DNA of 62,000 nucleotides. Origin: Octopus vulgaris (lineage: Eukaryota). The notes under the pieces were generated by a model, which worked only from the letters and a program-made list of their open reading frames with translations, searched no databases and was not told the origin of the DNA. The stretch covers positions 40,010,001 to 40,072,000 of the forward strand of contig OX597834.1 in assembly GCA_951406725.2 (NCBI GenBank). Reading direction: 5' to 3'. Shown here piece by piece: positions 12,221 to 25,166 of the stretch; position 1 is the stretch's first letter; each line of letters begins with the position of its first letter. A program made the translations under genes and the position numbers.

Positions 12221-13156
12221 TGATCAATGTAAAGAAGAAATATTTCATTCACTGATTGAGTGAGTGACAGCTTGAGTTTGAGTGATGTTATTCTCGAGTG
12301 GAGTGCAGATGGAAGTTAGCTAAGAGTGGAGTGAAAACAGAGTTTGCGGTGGCATTATGAAATCGAAATGAAGAAGAAGAAGAAGAAGAAGAAGACATGA
12401 GAAAATAAATAAATAAAAATAAAACAAAAATACCAAAAAAAAAAATGTTTAATTCCAGTCATTTGAAGAAACAAAAATAAAACAAAAATAACAAAAACCA
12501 ATAACGAAAAGACGACAAGAAAGAAAATAACCCAAGAAAAGTGAAGGAAGGAAAGAAGAAAGGAAGGAAGGAAGGAAGGATGGGAGGAAGGAAAGAAGGA
12601 AGGATGGGAGGAAGGAAGGTTGTTGCGTAAAAGTCAAGTGAACACTTAGGAGTTTTGTAAACAACACTCGTTTTCTATCTCTAAACTGAATGGTATTTAA
12701 AATTTTGATGATTAACCTTTTGGCATGACAATACAAGAATGGTAGAGGGGGGAGTGGTTAGAGAAAGTGAAACAAGGGAAGGTGGGGGGGGGGAGGGGAG
12801 AGGGAGGAAAACATTAATGATCCGAAGGTGGCGGCGAAGAGGGACGAGAGCTGCAAATGAAAACCCACCACCCCATCCCACCCCACTCCACACCCACCCC
12901 TGATGATCAGATGATGTCGCTGTTGTTGTTGTTGTTGTCGATGTTGTTGTTATAATTGTTAGGCGGTGGCGGCGGTGGTGGTGGTGGTGGTGTCGTATAT
13001 ATAGCCTGCCCAAGACACAACATTGGTTGAGAGAGCAAGGCCTATGGTCGAAGACGTTCCAGCTATGACCATCCCAAGTTTTTTTTTTTTATTTTTATCC
13101 GCTGTTTCTAACAACTACACTTGGATATCTCATCTGTTCCTCTTGCTTTAAGCAAG

Positions 13157-13495
13157 GGAGAATTGGCTGCTATTTCCAACGAGTCAAACAACCACAGTCT
13201 CATAATATGTATACAGTAGTAGTAGTAGTAGTAGTAGTATGAGAGAGATTTGGCTGCTATTTCCAGCAAGTTGAACAGCCACAGACTTAAAACATCTATA
13301 CAACAGCAGCAGCAGTAGTAGTAATAGCAGAAGCAGCAGATTTGACTGCTATTTTCAGCAAATTGAACAATCCGGTCTTACAACATTTATACAGTCATAA
13401 AAGTAATGGTGGTGGTAGTAGTAGTAGTAGCTGCAATTTGAGGGAGTTTGGCTGCTATTTCCAGCAAGTCAAACAAGAGTCTCACATCATCACAG
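13157..13495 (+). repeat. Four diverged copies of TTGGCTGCTATTTCCAGCAAGT.. separated by (AGT/AGC)n
   Basis: The motif starts near 13163, 13250, 13342 and 13448. Confidence 0.8.
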
Positions 13496-13916
13496 TAGTA
13501 GTAGTAGCATCAGCAGCAGTAGCTGTTCAAGAATTTGGACCTGGAGATCTCCATTTCCAGCGGCTTCGAGGGTCACCTCCCAGTGATGTCAGGCGTCAAT
13601 GAAGAGCCCTCGACTACAACAAGACGACCAAAGTTTTTTTTTTCCCAAGGTCTGGGGTCTCCCGCCCCTAAGCCCTAGACCATCACCTAACCACCCTTAC
13701 CCATCTTGTTGCTTAACAACAGCAGCAGCAGCAGCAGTTCTGACACTTCAACTGAAGGGGTGGGGCTGGTTTTCAAATTTGATAATAAAAAAATTAAGAA
13801 CCATCTGGAACAACATCTGTCACACAAAAATTACTCATCTGGAGTAACATCTGGTACTCACAAATTGTTATTATCTTCTTTATCTATTTCTCTTTTATTT
13901 TCTGTAACAGAAATTG

Positions 13917-13953
<37 letters not shown>

Positions 13954-14781
13954 TGTTTTCTCTTGTGTTATTAGGGAATTAAAAGTGGAAAAGAAGATAA
14001 AACTGATTAGCACAAACGAAAAATAATCCGCACACATACGTAAATAAAACCTACATCCGTTTTCCCATGTTGGCATGGGTTGGACGGTTAGACAGGAGTT
14101 AGTCACCCAACACACACACACACACACACACATACAAACATATATACACTCATACATATACACAGACATATGCACTCACACATATATAAATTTGTATGCA
14201 TGTGGGTGTGTGTGTATATAATGGTTTTCACATTCTGCTTTATTGAACAAATATCAAAAAGAAAGGTGACTCTGCAATAAGGAATTTGCTTGACAACCAC
14301 ATGGTTCTGCTTTCAGGCCCACTGCGTGGAACCTTGGGCAAGTAATTTCAAATCCTTTTGGGTGGATTTGGTAGGCAGAAACTGAAAGAAGCCCATTGTA
14401 TCATCATTATTATCATCATTTAACGTCCGTAGTCCATGCTGGCATGGGTTGGATAGTTTGTCTGAGCTGGCACACAGGAAGGCAGCACAGACTCCGGTCT
14501 GATTTGGCATGGTTTTCTATGGCTGGATACCCTTCCTAACACCAACTACTCTGAGAGTGTAATGGGTGCTTTTACGTGCCACCGGCACAGGTGCCATTTG
14601 CATGACACCAGTATCTGTCACAGCTGTGGTGCATGTCTTTGTGTCCGTCTTTGCCTTTCATCATTTAAGGGGTCAATAAACTAAGTACCAGTTGAATACT
14701 GGGGTTGACGTAATTGACTTAGTCCCTCTCCTAAAATTGCTGGCCCGGTGCCAAAATTTGGAATCATTATTACTAGTATTG

Positions 14782-15085
14782 GAGGTGCAATGGCCCAGTG
14801 GTTAGGGCAGCGAACTCAGTTGGAGGATCGCAGTCTCAATTACCAGACTGGGCGTTGTGTGTGTTTATTGAGCAAAAACACCTAAAAGCTCCACGAGGCT
14901 CCAGCAGGGAGTGGTGGCAACCCCTGTTGTATCCTTTTGCCCCAACTTTCTCTCACTTTTTCTTCCTGTTTCTTGAGTAACACTACGATGGACTGGCGTC
15001 CCATCCAGCTGGGGTGAACACATATGCCATAGAAACCAGGAAACCAGGCCCATGAGCCTGGCTAGGCTGGAAAAGGGTGCATAAA
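14782..15085 (+). mobile_element. tRNA-derived SINE family C, second copy at 58052-58435
   Basis: A-box TGGCCCAGTGGTTAGGG. The 58052 copy has a B-box GGTTTCGATTCCC. Both share CTGGGCGTTGTG..TTTATTGAGC..AAAACACCTAAA..GCTCCACGAGGCT. Confidence 0.8.
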
Positions 15086-15831
15086 AAAAACTACTAGTAT
15101 TATCAGTATGTTCTGAGTTCAAGTTCTACCCAGGTCAACTTTGCCATTCCTCCTTCCAGGATCAATACATTAAGTACCAGCTGAGTACTGGGGTCAACGG
15201 AATTGACTATCCCCCTCCCCCAAATTTCAGGCCTTGTGCCTAAAGTAGAAAGGATTATTATTATTATTAAGGCAATGAGCTGGCAGAACCATTTACATGC
15301 TGAGCAAAATGCTTAGTGACATTTCATCTACCTTTGTGTTCTGAGTTCAAATTCTGCCAAGGTCAACTTTGCCTTTCATCATTTCGGAGTCAATGAAATA
15401 AGTACCAGCTGAACACTGGGGTCGATGTAATCAACTTACCCCCTCACCCCCAAATTTTAGCCCCTGTGCCTTTAACAGAAGGATTCGCTAAACGATGATG
15501 ATGATGATTATTACTACTATTAATTATTGCTGTTTTTTTCATTTGAAACAAGCTGTTGCAAGTTTGGTGCTGACACCTCGAGCAACAGCTAATTAAGTAT
15601 GTTACTACAGGCGTTATTTATGAGTAACAATAATATATTTCCGGAAAAGGAAACCAAACACTAAAAACCAAACTTTTATTGGAAATTTGTCATAATATTT
15701 GCAATTTTGAAAGATTTTAAACAATTCAGATATTCTCAGGCTGACAGTGTTTTTCCTAGAATGAGGGCCGTAGCCATGAGAAAATTGTTTTTATTTGTTC
15801 TGATATATTCTGATATAACATAACGAAAAAT

Positions 15832-16095
15832 GAGTTTTTATTCATGGAAGATGGGGCTCCATGCCATACACCGAAAAGGAATCAACAATGGTTGACTGAA
15901 AATGGGATGAGAAAGCTTACTTGGCCCAGCCAATCTCTTGACATGAACCCAATTGAAAATCTTTGGAGTATATGAGATAGAGCTATTATGAAAAACTCGA
16001 CAGAATCCTAAAGCTAAAGGTGAATTCTTTTGATTGTTGCATGAAAAGTGGGCAGAAATTCCACAAAGCTCATCATTTCAATGCCAAAAAACAGA
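15832..16095 (+). mobile_element. Tc1-family (DD34E) transposase C-terminal pseudogene fragment
   Basis: FMEDGAPCHTPKRNQQWLTENGMRKLTWPSQSLDMNPIENLW has exactly 34 residues between D and E. It is followed by a stop, a frameshift, W..IP and LIISMPKNR. Confidence 0.9.
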
Positions 16096-16111
16096 ACATG
16101 TCGGGGGGAAT

Positions 16112-16450
16112 TTGCCAGGGCAGGGCCAATCCATAACATTACATGACATGTCTGATTAGCCAGAGGGGCAGACCCAACCCATAACATTACATGACATGTG
16201 AGGGATTCGCCAGAGGGGCAGACCCAACCCATAACATTACCTGACATGTCAGATTCGCCAGAGGGGCAGGGCCAATCCATAGCATTATATGACATGTCAG
16301 AGATTCGCCAGAGGGGCAGACCCAACCCATAACATTACATGACATGTCGGAGATTCGCCAGAGGGGCAGGGCCAATCCATAACATTACATGACATGTCAT
16401 ATTAGCCAGAGGGGCAGACAAACCTATAACATTACATGTCATGTCTGAGG
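16112..16450 (+). repeat. Minisatellite, about 7 copies of a 46-50 bp unit
   Basis: GCCAGAGGGGCAG(ACCCAACCC/GGCCAATCC)ATAACATTACATGACATGTC repeated directly after the Tc1 fragment. Confidence 0.92.
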
Positions 16451-16454
16451 AAGA

Positions 16455-16600
16455 CAGGTGGTGTAGACAACAAACAGATGCATTAGTATAACGCTCAGGA
16501 AGTGAAAAAGTCTTTAACGTTTCGAGCCTACGCTCTTCCACAGAAAGGGACACAGAAAGAAACAAGGAGCAAAAATAAAGAATGTGTAGTGGCTCACACA
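16455..16600 (-). mobile_element. PLE-like repeat with hammerhead-like motif, copy 2 (motif 16512-16547)
   Basis: The minus strand reads ctttCTGTGGAagagcgtaggctcGAAACGTTaaag. Confidence 0.55.
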
Positions 16601-17735
16601 CGAAGGGCTTCTTTCAGTTTCCATCAACCAAATCCACTCACAAGGCTTTGGTCAGCCTGAGGCTATAATAGAAGACTCTTGCCCAGGGGTAACAGGCAGT
16701 ATTGTCCTCCCTCAAGCAGTATTGGAGGATAAAAATATACACGCACATAGATAGATACATACATATATATATATACATACATACATATACACACACGCAT
16801 ACATATATATACACACATACACATAAATATATATATATACACACAGATATATACATGCATATGTATATATACATATATATATATACACACACACACAGTG
16901 GGCTTCTTTCAGTTTTCATCTCACAAATGTTTGGTCAGCTCACGGCAATAGTAGAAGACACTTGCCAAAGGTACCAAGCAGTGAGACTGAACCCAGAATC
17001 AGGTGGCTGGGAAGCAAACATCTTAACACACAGCCATGTCAGCACCTCAACTTTTCAAATATTTCTACAGAAGCGTTGCAATCTACTGGAATTGGTATAC
17101 CTATAAACAAACATTTTCTGTTTTTTGTCAAGGTGAATTTTTTGCCACAATGTCTGGCCTATTAGCCATAATAGCTCTAATCTAAGTGGTGAGCTCCCAG
17201 AATGATTACCATGCTGAATAAAATGTTAAGCAGCATTTCCTATGACAATATGTTCTGATTTCAAATGCCGTCGACATCAACCTTGCCTCTCATCCTTTCA
17301 AGGTCAATGAAACAAATACCAGCTGCGCACTGGGGTGGATGTAATTGACTTCCCCTCCCACCAAAACTGTTGGCCCTGTACCAAAATTAGAAAGAAAATT
17401 ACTATTATTATTATTATTATTATTATTACGTACACTTGCATGCAAACACACATACGCACACCCTAATACGTTTACATAAACATAAAGCGAATGCATCTAG
17501 CACTCCCACCCTGCCATGACCACCTCCACATAACCACCCGGATAACACATGAATATAAAGCTTGCAAATTGTGTGCAAGTGTACATGAATGTGTACGTTA
17601 ATGTGTGTGTGTGTGAGTGTGTGTGTGTGAAGTGGGTGTATGCAGTATAGTTGGTGTATATATGTGTGTGACGTGTATATGCAGATGTGGCGTGCGTATA
17701 TGCTATTTGTACAAGATTTCATATGATGATGATGA

Positions 17736-17774
<39 letters not shown>

Positions 17775-18275
17775 TCTATTTGATCTTTACAGAATAACAA
17801 AGAAGAAAAAGAAAATGCCTTCAGAGCCACCTCTCCCCCTTCCCACTTCATGCATCTCCCTCTCACTCAGCATCACTTTCTCTCTCCCCCTCACTCACCT
17901 AACATCTCACTCTCTCCTCTTCACTCACCTAGTGTCTCTCTCTCTCTATTTTCCATCACTCACCAAGTGTTTCTCTCTATTTTCCATTTCTTGCTTAGCA
18001 TCCTTCTCTCTCTCTCTCGCACTGAGCATCTCTCTCCCTCTCTCACTTGCTTAGTATTTCTATCTCTTCCTCTCTCTCTCTATCTCTCTCACTCTCTCTC
18101 CCTCATATACACTACCTCCTTCACACATTTCTCTCTCTCTCTCTCTATCTCTCACTCTCTCTCCCTCCTTCACACATTCTCTCTCTCTCTATCTCTCTCA
18201 CTCTCTCTCCCTCATATACACTACCTCCTTCACACACTCTCACTCTCTCTCTCTTCCACACACCCATTGCACCAG

Positions 18276-18338
18276 TTGGTCATAACAGTAAAACTTCTGA
18301 TTAATAATCTATCATCGTTACTAGTAACGCTACCAAAG
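18276..18338 (+). CDS. Candidate phase-0 exon LVITVKLLINNLSSLLVTLPK
   Basis: A pyrimidine tract ends in ACCAG, only frame 0 is open, the donor is AAG|GTGTGG, and the length is 63 nt. Confidence 0.35.
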
Positions 18339-19002
18339 GTGTGGTCTATAACCAACCTACATTCATTTGTTGCATTCTGTTTTACAGCTGTTTTTTAATG
18401 CCAGCATGGGTTAGACCATTTATCTTTTATCTTTTACATGTGTTCGTTGCTAGACTGTGGCCATGCTGGGGCATCACATTGAAGGGTTTTTCATCAAACA
18501 AATCAACTCCAGTGTTTATTTTATTTTATCGTATTTTATTTTTTTATTTTATTTTGTAAGTCTGGTACTATTTTTATTGGTCTCTTTTGCCAAATTGCTA
18601 AAACTGAGGGATGTAAACAAACCAACACCAGTTGTTAAGCAGTGGTGGTGGTGGTGGTGGTGGAGAGGACAAACACAAATGCAGACATTCACACACACAC
18701 ACACACAAGTTCAGAAAGAGCTTACATCGACCCCAGTACTCAACTGGTACTTCTTTTATTGATCCCAGAATGACGAAAAGCAGAACTGACCTCAGTAGAG
18801 TTTGAACCCTGAATATATATAATGGATGAAATGCCACAAAACATTTTGCCAGGCATGCTAACCATTCTGCCAGCTCACGACCCTCATAATAACAACAACA
18901 ACAACAACAACAACAACACATCATCATTAACTAATTAATATAAATACCAAACCATTTATCCTTTACAATTAATTATAACATTAACTATAATGAAAATAAC
19001 AG

Positions 19003-19068
19003 AGTGTGCCATGGAGAGAAACAATGTGGGTCAACAAGTACAAAAAGCCCAGATTTATTGGGGAGATG
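19003..19068 (+). CDS. Candidate exon, probably SVPWRETMWVNKYKKPRFIGEM
   Basis: AACAG acceptor (weak), strong ATG|GTGAGA donor, 66 nt. All three frames are open. Confidence 0.35.
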
Positions 19069-19335
19069 GTGAGACTGTGGTGTTCATATGTTTTTCAAGA
19101 ATACCTTATTTTTCTATCTTTCAGTTGTTTCAGTCACACGTGGTCAATACACTAGGGTGGATAACGTCCAACTGCAAGAATTTAAACAAGGTCTCCAAGC
19201 TTAGGGTATGTCCCTCCACCCTTCCATCAGTCTTAAGGAAACTCTGAAAAGGGTCATGAGCAGATGTATTTTCCCTCCTCTTACTAAGCTGGTGAGCTGG
19301 CAGAAATGTTAGCACACTGGGCAAATTGCTTAGTG

Positions 19336-19887
19336 GTATTTCGTCTGCCACTACGTTCTGAGTTCAAATTCCACCGAGGTCGACTTTGCCTTTCATCTTT
19401 TCGGGGTCGATTGAATAAGTACCAGTTACGCACTGGGGTCGATATAATCAACTTAATCCGTTTGTCTGTCCTTGTTTGTCCCCTCTGTGTGTAGCTCCTT
19501 GTGGGTAGTTAAGAAATAGGTATTTCATCTGCCGTTACGTTCTGAGTTCAAATTCCGCCGAGGTCGACTCTGCCTTTCATCCTTTTGGGGTCGATTAAAT
19601 AAGTACCAGTTACGCACTGGGGTCGATACAATCGACTTAATCCATTTGTCTGTCCTTATTTGTGCCTTCTGTGTTTAGCCCCTTGTGGGTAGTGAAGAAA
19701 TAGGTATTTCATCTGCCGTTACGTTCTGAGATCAAATTCCTCCGAGGTTGACTTTGCCTTTCATCCTTTTGGGGTTGATTAAATAAGTACCAGTTACGCA
19801 CTGGGGTCGATATAATCGACTTAATCCGTTTGTCTGTCCTTGTTTGTCCCCTCTGTGTGTAGCCCCTTGTGGGTAGTAAAGAAATAA
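19336..19887 (+). repeat. Head-to-tail trimer of a 184-bp SINE-B body
   Basis: GTATTTC starts at 19336, 19520 and 19704. Confidence 0.92.
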
Positions 19888-20601
19888 GAAATATATTTTG
19901 TTTAAACACCACAGCTGGAGAAATTAATATGTTCTGGCCAAGCAGTTAATTCAGTGTCAAATATCTTAACAAAGCAGAGAGAATGGAGCTATCCAAACGA
20001 TGACAAATTGATTTCAGACATAATTACATCCTCCCAACGTCCATTTTCCCAAGCTTGCATGAGTTGGACAGAGTTTCTCGAAGCAGATTTTCTTATGACC
20101 AGATGCCCTTCCTGTCACCAACCCTCACCTGTTTCCAAGCAAAGTAATTGGAAAACAAACTCTTTTTTTACATCCCATCCATCCCTGGGGCCTACAACAT
20201 CTCACTCGCATTTACAGAAGCGGTGAAATGCCAGATTCTGTGACACACATACCTTTTTTCCTCTTCCTCTCTCACCCCGCCTCTCTACCATCAATATCAA
20301 CGGATTAAAGGAAGTGACTAGACATTGAGAATCAAGTAAAACTGGGTCATCACCAACTCCGCCACGAACACGGTTGACTGCCCTCCGTGGTTCTTGGTTC
20401 AAACAGTGTTTATTATATACAGTATTGATTTTTCAATTTGCTATTTCAAATATCAGTTTTCACGATTATCTCTCAGTAAAATACACAATTTTCTTGTAAC
20501 AAATGGGACTCAGAGAAGACATAAATCTCTTGTCAGAACATTTTTTTTTTATAGTTTGTTGTAGTAACATTGTAGTAATGTGGCTTCACTAGCAACTGCT
20601 G

Positions 20602-20615
20602 GTTGCCATGGCAAT
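20602..20615 (-). promoter_or_regulatory. RFX X-box-like site ATTGCCATGGCAAC
   Basis: 14/14 match to the RTHNYYWTRRNRAC pattern, in unique sequence. Confidence 0.45.
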
Positions 20616-21879
20616 TATAGTTTGTTGCTTGATGAGGTTGCAGGTATGGGTGCGTGGTTAAGAAGATTGGTTTTAGAAGCATGTGGTTTTGGGTTCTGTT
20701 CCACAGCATGGCATCTTGGCCAAAAGCCTTCTGCTAGAGACCCAGACTGGGCAAAGACTTGTGAGTGGATCTGATAGATGGAAATTGAAAGAAGCCCATC
20801 ATGTCTATGAATGTACATATATATATATACACACACAGACACATACATATTATATACAAACATATATATATACATATATATATATATATACAAACGATGG
20901 CAGAAACGTTAGCACGCCGGGCGAAATGCAGCGGTATTTCGTCTGTCATGTTATGAGTTCAAATTCTGCCAAGGTCAACTTTGCCTTTCATCCTTTCGGG
21001 GTCGATAAATAAATTACCAGTTTCACACTGGGGTCAATCTAATCGACTTAATCCCTTTGTCTGTCCTTGTTTGTCCCCTCTATGCTTAGCCCCTTGTGGG
21101 TAGTAAAGAAATATATATATATACACACATATGCATACATACACACACATATATATACATACACACATACAAACATACATACACACACATATACACATAC
21201 ACACATATATACATACATACACACATTTATATACATATATGCATACATACACATACATATACATACATTCATATATACATACATACCAGTTTTCGCCAAC
21301 CATCTAACCCATACCAACATGGAAAGCAGAGGCTAAATGATAATGGTGATGATATATATATATTCTCTTCTCAGTTCCCATGCTTATTACAACAGTCCTT
21401 GTAAAAGAACTCAGAAGGTTGGACCTCCAGCCAGGCCTTCTGCAATATTCTTAAAGCCAGGAACTTTTCAGTATGCCCACATATGTATACACACACACTC
21501 ACTCACACACACACACACACATACACATATATTGATCACAACTGTCCTATGAATGGCATCATGAAACTCTGAGTAACAGTTTGTTGTGATGTTTCTACAA
21601 CCTTAATAAAAAAGTATATTACTCTGCCTTTGGTATTTGAGTACTATTTTCCACACCTTACTTTTCATTTACATGCTTGCTCATATATATATATATAAAT
21701 ATATACATCCTGTTGTGTCTGGGGAGAGTCATTTTCTTTTTGTGCCTTATAATTTCCACTTATTTCTTATTTTTATTTTCCTAAAATTTTCGTTGCGTCT
21801 TGCAACCTTTTCAATAGTCTTGAATATGCTTCAACACATGAACTCATATAAAGAATCTTGCATACCAAATCCCAAAACG

Positions 21880-21911
<32 letters not shown>

Positions 21912-21977
21912 ACATGCACATACATAGATACATATACAAACACACACACATTCTATAAATAAATATTTTCTTGGTAG

Positions 21978-22140
21978 TCTCTCAAGCCCAAGAAAGATGG
22001 TTCTGCAATTCATCACAGAACAACCTACACAGAACATCCGTTTATAGTGGTCAAATGTTTGTGATGTTCACGAGCTCACTGCTTCCAGCAATCAACATTG
22101 CCTCTGGAGATACACAGTATGCCATACATCAAATGTCAAA
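21978..22140 (+). CDS. Candidate exon SQAQERWFCNSSQNNLHRTSVYSGQMFVMFTSSLLPAINIASGDTQYAIHQMS
   Basis: TTTTCTTGGTAG acceptor and a 53-codon open frame. Possible donors follow 22116 (GTATGC) or 22140 (GTGATA). Confidence 0.35.
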
Positions 22141-22148
22141 GTGATATA

Positions 22149-22201
<53 letters not shown>

Positions 22202-22407
22202 ATGTATAATATATTTTTTTATCGTTATTTGTTTCAGTCATTAGACTGCAGCTATGCTGGGGCAACACCTTGAGTTTTTAGCCAAATGCCTGGTACTTTT
22301 TCTATCAATCTCTTTTTGCCGAACTGCTAAGTTACAGGGATGCAAACACACCAACATGGGTTGTCAAGAAGTGGTGGGGGAACAAACACAGACACAAAGA
22401 CACACTC

Positions 22408-22464
<57 letters not shown>

Positions 22465-23517
22465 TATACATATATGATGGGCTTCTTTCAGTTTCCATCT
22501 ACCAAACCCACTCACAAGGCTTTGGTCAGCCCGAGGTTAGAGTAGAAAACACTTGTCCAAGGTGCCATGCAGTGGGACTGAACCCAGAACCATGTGGTTG
22601 GTTAGCAAGCTTCTTACCACACAGCCATCATCATCATCATCATTATTATTCTACAGCCGTTGTCCATGCTGGCATGGGTTGGACAGTTTGACCAGGGATG
22701 TCAAGCTGGGAAGCTGCACCAAACTCCAGTCTGATTTAGCATGATTTTCCACGGCTGGATGCCCTTCCTGATGCCAACCACTCCAAGAGTGTAATGGGTA
22801 CTTTTACGTGCTACTGGCATGGTTGCCATTCGCATGACACCAGAATCTGTCACAACTGCAATTGCATGGTTCTAGATTTAGTCCCACTGCATCACACCTT
22901 GAGCAAGTGTCTCCTACTGTAACCTCGGGCTGACCAAAGCCTTGAGTGGATATGGTAGATGGAAAACTAAAAGAAGCCCATCGTGTGTATGTGTGTGTGG
23001 GCATGTGTATGTATGTGTGTGTGGGCATGTGTGTGTATGTGTCTGTGTTTGTCCACCCACCATCGCTTGACAACCACTGTTGGTGTGTTTACATCCCCGT
23101 AACTTAGCGGTTCGGCAAAAGGTACCGATAGAATAAGTACTAGGCTTACAAAGAATAAGTCCTGGGGTCGATTTGTTCAACTAAAGGCAATGCTCCAGCA
23201 TGGCAGCAATCAAGATGCCTGAAAAGAATATATTATATCACTTGACTAACTTTCACCCTGTTCTTATCAAGGTCACGAGCAGATCCTGAATTCCTCAGTA
23301 TTGCTTGTCAAAGGAATCGGCTGATATTCTTGTATATTGCGTTTCAAACCCTGACTGAGTTCACTAAGTCTTTCATCCCCCTGGGGGTCCATAAAAGAAG
23401 GGCACCAATGAAGTATTGGTGTCGATGTAATTGATGATACAAAACCTTTGTCCCTACAAATATGTGTCAAATTGGACCTATATTACGAATCAATATCATT
23501 TACATAAAGATATTACA

Positions 23518-23531
23518 GTTGCCATGGAGAC
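23518..23531 (+). promoter_or_regulatory. RFX X-box-like site GTTGCCATGGAGAC
   Basis: 14/14 match to RTHNYYWTRRNRAC. Confidence 0.4.
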
Positions 23532-24458
23532 TGTATTGATTAGAGGGGGAGTAGAGGAAACCAGTAAGGGGTGGATGGGTGGACAAAAAGCACAACAAAA
23601 GGAGGCGATAAAAATTAATCAATATCCACCCATGTCAAACCCATTAAAGCATGGGAAAACAGAGGCGGAGGTGGAGGTGGTGGCCTACATTTATCTAGTC
23701 ATTCATATAGAATGGAATACCAGCATTATTATTATTATTATTATTATTGTTATTATTATTAAGTTAGCAAGCTGGCAGAATTGTTAGCACGCTGTGAAAA
23801 ATGCTTAATGGTATTTCATCTGTCCTTTATGTTCTGAGTTCAAATTCCGCTGAGGTCAACTTTGCCTTTCATCCTTTCGGGGGTCGATGAAATAAGTGCC
23901 ATCAGATAAAAGTGTGACATCAGATAAAAGGGTTCATGCAGTGCCACATAAAAGTGCCTGTGTGGCACCACATGAAAGGACCCACATGGTGCCACATGAA
24001 AAAGCATTCATGTGGTGTCACATAAAATCACTCGTGTGACATCACGTAAAAGCACCTGTGCAGATCCACATTAAAGTGCCCGTGCAGTGCCACCCAACAG
24101 CACCTAGCACACTCTGTAAAGGGGTTGGCGTTAGGGAGGGCATCGAGCTGTAGAAACCCTGCCAAATCAGACCAGAGTTTAGTGCAGCTCCCCAGCTCTG
24201 GTCAAACAGTCCAACCCATGCCAGCATGGACAACAGATGATGATGATGATGAAATCCTTTATTTTTCTATCTTTTACTTGTTTCAGTCATTGTACCGGGG
24301 CCATGCTGGGGCACTCAAGAAGCAAATCAATCCCGGCCCTTATTTTCACTTAAAGTCTGGAACCGATTTTATTAGTCTCTTTTGCCAGACTGCTAAGTGA
24401 TAATAAAAACATAGATAAAAACCAACACCAGTTGTCAAGCAGCGGGAATGGGGCAAAC

Positions 24459-24503
<45 letters not shown>

Positions 24504-25131
24504 CGCACACACACACATACACACACGAACACACAAGAGGTTTCCTCACAGTTTCCATCAACCAATGGCCCAATTAGGGCTAATCGTTGGAGACACTTGC
24601 CTAAGGTGCCATGCCACGGGACTGAACTCACAACCACATTGTTGCAAAGCAAGCTTCTTGACCACACAGCTATGCCTGTGCCTAGCCAAGGGAAATAACC
24701 CAAAGTGGACTAATGCCATAATTTTGGTTATCTAAGTTAAGTGCTAGTATATATTGAATATTGCTCAAACAAAAGAAAAAATTTTGTCTGTATTAGTAAA
24801 GTCATTTTGACCTGATGACAGATATAACCATTTGGGGTCAATTTATAAACAGCATTCATTCTCTCTCTCTCCCTCACACACACACACTCACCCCTCTCTC
24901 TTTCTCACCTTCATACACAACTCACACACACACACACACACACGTCTCTTCCTGGTATTGAATAAGAATATCTCAGGTAATTCTCTTTCAAAAATTGCAC
25001 CAAAAGGATTTACAAACACAGACAGACAGATACACACACACACACAGTCACATACACATACATATGTACCTCATATCTAGGTATACTTACAGACATACCT
25101 GTGCACACAAACACATGTATTTATATACAAT

Positions 25132-25166
<35 letters not shown>

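Noticed and set aside
16158-16420. GCCAGAGGGGCAG as a CTCF motif
   Set aside because: The G-run is one base out of register with the CCRSYAGRKGGCRS core in either alignment.
16112-16450. CRISPR-like appearance of the 49-bp array (also the 31-bp and 40-bp arrays)
   Set aside because: No unique spacers, no cas genes and a eukaryotic context; these are plain minisatellites.
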